Source of the DNA: Vulcanimicrobiales bacterium
Lineage (GTDB): Bacteria > Vulcanimicrobiota > Vulcanimicrobiia > Vulcanimicrobiales > Vulcanimicrobiaceae
NCBI GenBank assembly: GCA_038215615.1
Contig: JBBQQR010000037.1
Location: 1-10,362 of the forward strand
DNA: 10,362 nucleotides
Direction of reading: 5' to 3'
Of the stretch, positions 7,791-10,362 are shown one piece after another. The notes beneath the pieces were generated by a model. The model saw only the letters and a list, made by a program, of their open reading frames with translations. It was not told where the DNA came from and did no database searches. Position numbers and translations under genes: made by a program. How positions within the stretch are numbered: the stretch's first letter is position 1; each line of letters opens with the position of its first letter.

Positions 7791-9158
7791 ATGTGTGGCG
7801 TCGCGGGAATCTACGCACCGGGGCACGACGCGGCGCGGCTTGCGTTTTTTGCACTCTACGCGCTGCAGCACCGCGGACAAGAATCGGCGGGCATCGCCGC
7901 CGCGGACGGCGGCACGCTGCGATCGCACAAAGAGATGGGCTTACTCGGCGCCATCTTCGATGAAGAGAATCTGCGAGAGCTCAACGGCTACATATCCGTC
8001 GGGCATACCCGCTACTCAACGACCGGTTCTTCGATCGTCGTCAACGCGCAGCCGCTGCTCGAACAGAGCGTGCTGGGCGATTTTGCATTCGCGCACAATG
8101 GCAACCTAACCAATACCGACGAGCTGCGCGAGACGCTTTCGCCCAACGTAACGCTGCACGCGACGTCGGATTCCGAAGTGATGGCAAAGCTGATCGTCGA
8201 GGGCAGCGGATCGATGATGGATCGGATTACGTCGCTGCTGGAACGCGCGCGCGGAGCATACTCGATCGCGCTGTGCACCAAGGACGAGCTGTACGCGTTC
8301 CGCGATCCGTGGGGCGTGCGGCCGCTCTGCCTGGGGACCTACGGGCAGGGCGGTTACGTGGTGGCGTCCGAGTCGTGTGCGCTGGCTACGATCGGCGCGA
8401 ACTACGTGCGCGAACTCAAACCCGGGGAAATCGTCCGCATCTCTAAGGACGGCTTCGAGTCTGTGATGGTGCGTCCGGGTGAGAAGACCGCCCTGTGCAT
8501 GTTCGAGTACATTTATTTCGCTCGTCCGGACTCAAATTTCAGCGGCGAATCCGTCTACATGGCGCGCTACCGCATGGGGCGCGAACTCGCGCGCGAATAT
8601 CCGGTCGAAGCCGATGTCGTGATGGCGGTGCCCGACTCCGCAATTCCCGGCGCGATTGGATACGCGGCGGAGGCTCAGCTGCCGTATGTCGAGGGACTGA
8701 TCAAAAACCGCTACATCGGCCGAACGTTCATCAGTCCCGAACAGCATATGCGCAGCCGGGGCGTGCACTTGAAATTCAATCCGGTGGTCGAGAATCTCAA
8801 CCAGCAGCGCGTCGTGGTAGTCGACGATTCGATCGTCCGCGGAACGACCACGCCGCGCATTGTCGAGCTGCTGCGTGAAGCGGGCGCATCGGAAGTGCAC
8901 GTGCGCATCAGCTCGCCGCCGATCATGCATCCGTGTTATCTGGGCGTGGACATGGCTACGTACGATGAGTTGATCGCCGCCAACCTCACGGTCGAAGAGA
9001 TCTGCCAGCGCATCGGCGCCGATTCGCTTGGCTTTCTGAGTCTCGACGGACTGGTCGCTTCGACGGGGCGCAAGAGGGAAGAGATGTGTTTGGGCTGCTT
9101 GACCGGCACGTATCCTAACGTTCCGGCGTGGCATGCTTCGCGCGCCGCGCCGGTCTAG
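7791..9158 (+). CDS. purF: Amidophosphoribosyltransferase (Fe-S type)
   Basis: 455 aa. N-terminal nucleophile M-C-G; LQHRGQESAG, GHTRYST, HNGN, RDPWG.RPL, ASES; PRPP site VVVVDDSIVRGTT; cysteines in C.FEYIYF, PCYLG and CLGC. Confidence 0.98.
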   Translation: MCGVAGIYAPGHDAARLAFFALYALQHRGQESAGIAAADGGTLRSHKEMGLLGAIFDEENLRELNGYISVGHTRYSTTGSSIVVNAQPLLEQSVLGDFAFAHNGNLTNTDELRETLSPNVTLHATSDSEVMAKLIVEGSGSMMDRITSLLERARGAYSIALCTKDELYAFRDPWGVRPLCLGTYGQGGYVVASESCALATIGANYVRELKPGEIVRISKDGFESVMVRPGEKTALCMFEYIYFARPDSNFSGESVYMARYRMGRELAREYPVEADVVMAVPDSAIPGAIGYAAEAQLPYVEGLIKNRYIGRTFISPEQHMRSRGVHLKFNPVVENLNQQRVVVVDDSIVRGTTTPRIVELLREAGASEVHVRISSPPIMHPCYLGVDMATYDELIAANLTVEEICQRIGADSLGFLSLDGLVASTGRKREEMCLGCLTGTYPNVPAWHASRAAPV

Positions 9159-10006
9159 GGGAAGCGCTTTTCTTTCACGTCCTCCGCAAACGCTTGGAGC
9201 GCTGCCGTCGCGTCGGTTCCGATGGACGCATAGCGTTTGGCAAAACTGGGTGAGTCCGGGTACATCCCGAGTATGTCGTGCAAGACGAGCACCTGCGAAT
9301 CGCAATGCGGGCCCGATCCGATGCCGATGGTGGGAATAGTCAGCATCGCGGTCAGTTCGCGCGCGACGTCGTGATCGATCACTTCGAGCACGATCGCGTA
9401 CGCGCCGGCAGCTTCGATCGCCTTCGCGTCGGCGACTAAGCGCTCGCGGTTCTTGCGCATCTTGTAGCCGGGACCCAGGCTTGCGGTTTGCGGCATGACG
9501 CCGATGTGTCCGACGACGGGAATGCCGGCGCTGTAAATTGCCCGGATGCGGTCGGCGACGAACGTGCCGCCTTCCATCTTTACCGAACACGCGCCGCCGT
9601 CTTTGACCAGGCGGATGGCGTTGCGCGTGGCGTCTTCGTCGCTGACTTGATACGAGCCGAACGGCATATCCACCATGATGTGCGCGCGCGACGTGCCGCG
9701 CACGACTGCGCTCGCATGATGGATCATGTCTTCGATCGTAACGGGCGTCGTCTCATCGTAGCCAAGCACGACGTTGCCGACGCTATCGCCAACGAGAATG
9801 ACGTCAATGCCGGCTTTTTCGGCAAACTGTCCGAACGGCGCGTCATATGCGGTCACGATTGGAAAGGTCGTGCGGCCTTTACGGCGCTTTATCGCGCCGG
9901 CCGTAACGCGGCGGACCGTTCCCTTTTCAGGCTCGTACGGGCGCGCGTTTTCCAGAACGTTCTTGTGCACGGTGTGCGTAGCCACAGCCGTTGGACCTTC
10001 TGTCAC
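9155..10006 (-). CDS. panB: 3-methyl-2-oxobutanoate hydroxymethyltransferase
   Basis: 283 aa. Motifs TAYD, ILVGDS, DMPFGSY, VKMEGG, GHIG..PQ, IVLE, IPTIGIGSG, QVLV.HD.LG, KRY. An in-frame TGA at 10021-10019 means the start cannot lie upstream of 10006; a slightly later GTG start is possible. Confidence 0.96.
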   Translation of the reverse strand: MTEGPTAVATHTVHKNVLENARPYEPEKGTVRRVTAGAIKRRKGRTTFPIVTAYDAPFGQFAEKAGIDVILVGDSVGNVVLGYDETTPVTIEDMIHHASAVVRGTSRAHIMVDMPFGSYQVSDEDATRNAIRLVKDGGACSVKMEGGTFVADRIRAIYSAGIPVVGHIGVMPQTASLGPGYKMRKNRERLVADAKAIEAAGAYAIVLEVIDHDVARELTAMLTIPTIGIGSGPHCDSQVLVLHDILGMYPDSPSFAKRYASIGTDATAALQAFAEDVKEKRFP

Positions 10007-10020
10007 GCCGGAGGGGACTC

Positions 10021-10362
10021 ATGCATTTCTCTACTATGACTCGCGCGCTCGTCTCGGTGCTCGCCTTTGTCGCGGCAAGCTGCGCGCACATGGTGCCGCC
10101 GGCCCCGCTCCCACCGCAGCCGCCGAAAGAAGCGAACCCGATCATCATTATCAACGGGCGTCCGGAACGCTCGCCGCTCACGCTTCACGATTCGGCACGG
10201 CCGGCGGTAAAAGTAATTCCGAGCGCACCGGCAACACCGGACGTCGTCGCAATCGGCTGGTCACTGCGTGATACAGTTGTGTGGGATGGAAGAAGTGCTC
10301 TTAGCCGACCAGCCGTTCATCGTTCGCACCGGATGTCGCCGTGGAAGTACGCTCGCCGTCGT
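10021..10362 (+). CDS. Putative proline-rich lipoprotein, open to the window end (start 10021 or 10036)
   Basis: Not in the ORF track. Hand translation: MHFST-MTRALVSVLAFVAAS-C-AHMVPPAPLPPQPPKEANPIIIINGRPERSPLTL... It has Arg, a hydrophobic core and a lipobox-like AAS-C (Cys 10081-10083). GGAGG at 10010-10014 lies 6 nt before ATG 10021. Confidence 0.55.
   Translation, partial: MHFSTMTRALVSVLAFVAASCAHMVPPAPLPPQPPKEANPIIIINGRPERSPLTLHDSARPAVKVIPSAPATPDVVAIGWSLRDTVVWDGRSALSRPAVHRSHRMSPWKYARRR
10269..10277 (+). promoter_or_regulatory. Extended -10-like element TGnTACAGT
   Basis: TG-A-TACAGT fits the sigma70 TGnTAnnnT pattern. An ATG (10286) follows 8 nt later. Confidence 0.35.
10286..10362 (+). 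pseudogene. Probable degraded Uma2-family (PD-(D/E)XK) endonuclease fragment
   Basis: 10323-10361 translates as FAPDVAVEVRSPS, matching the Uma2 aPD.avEv.SPs motif. That frame has TAG at 10302-10304 and no start codon before the motif. ATG 10286 (MEEVLLADQPF) is in a different frame. Confidence 0.5.

Noticed and set aside
8532..9590. 352-aa minus ORF and other long alternative-frame ORFs (e.g. 3668-4420, 4894-5649, 9774-10271)
   Set aside because: They overlap well-supported genes, show no recognisable motifs, and are expected in GC-rich DNA.
1..10362. CRISPR array, tRNA/rRNA, IS element, prophage or intact defence system
   Set aside because: Nearly all sequence is accounted for by protein genes. 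I saw no spaced repeats, terminal inverted repeats, or transposase/integrase motifs.

Overview
GC-rich, gene-dense bacterial window centred on purine metabolism. From left to right: a minus-strand urate-catabolism unit (OHCU decarboxylase uraD followed by the 5' end of a PuuD-like membrane urate hydroxylase, absent from the ORF track); a divergent, start/stop-overlapped guaA-purD pair; a minus-strand three-gene unit (LolD/MacB-type ABC ATPase, two-module FtsX/MacB permease, AttH/CrtC-like lipocalin-domain protein); divergent purF; convergent panB; and an unlisted Pro-rich putative lipoprotein ORF whose 3' part overlaps an out-of-frame Uma2-like fragment at the window edge. I found no RNA gene, CRISPR array or transposase. 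Most notable: (i) four divergent first genes lack a well-placed SD but share [G/T]AA exactly 10 nt before the start codon, suggesting leaderless transcripts from a non-canonical promoter; (ii) purine degradation and synthesis genes lie back to back across 56 bp; (iii) an adaptor-less type VII ABC/lipocalin module sits between purD and purF. All family calls come from motif recognition; no searches were run.
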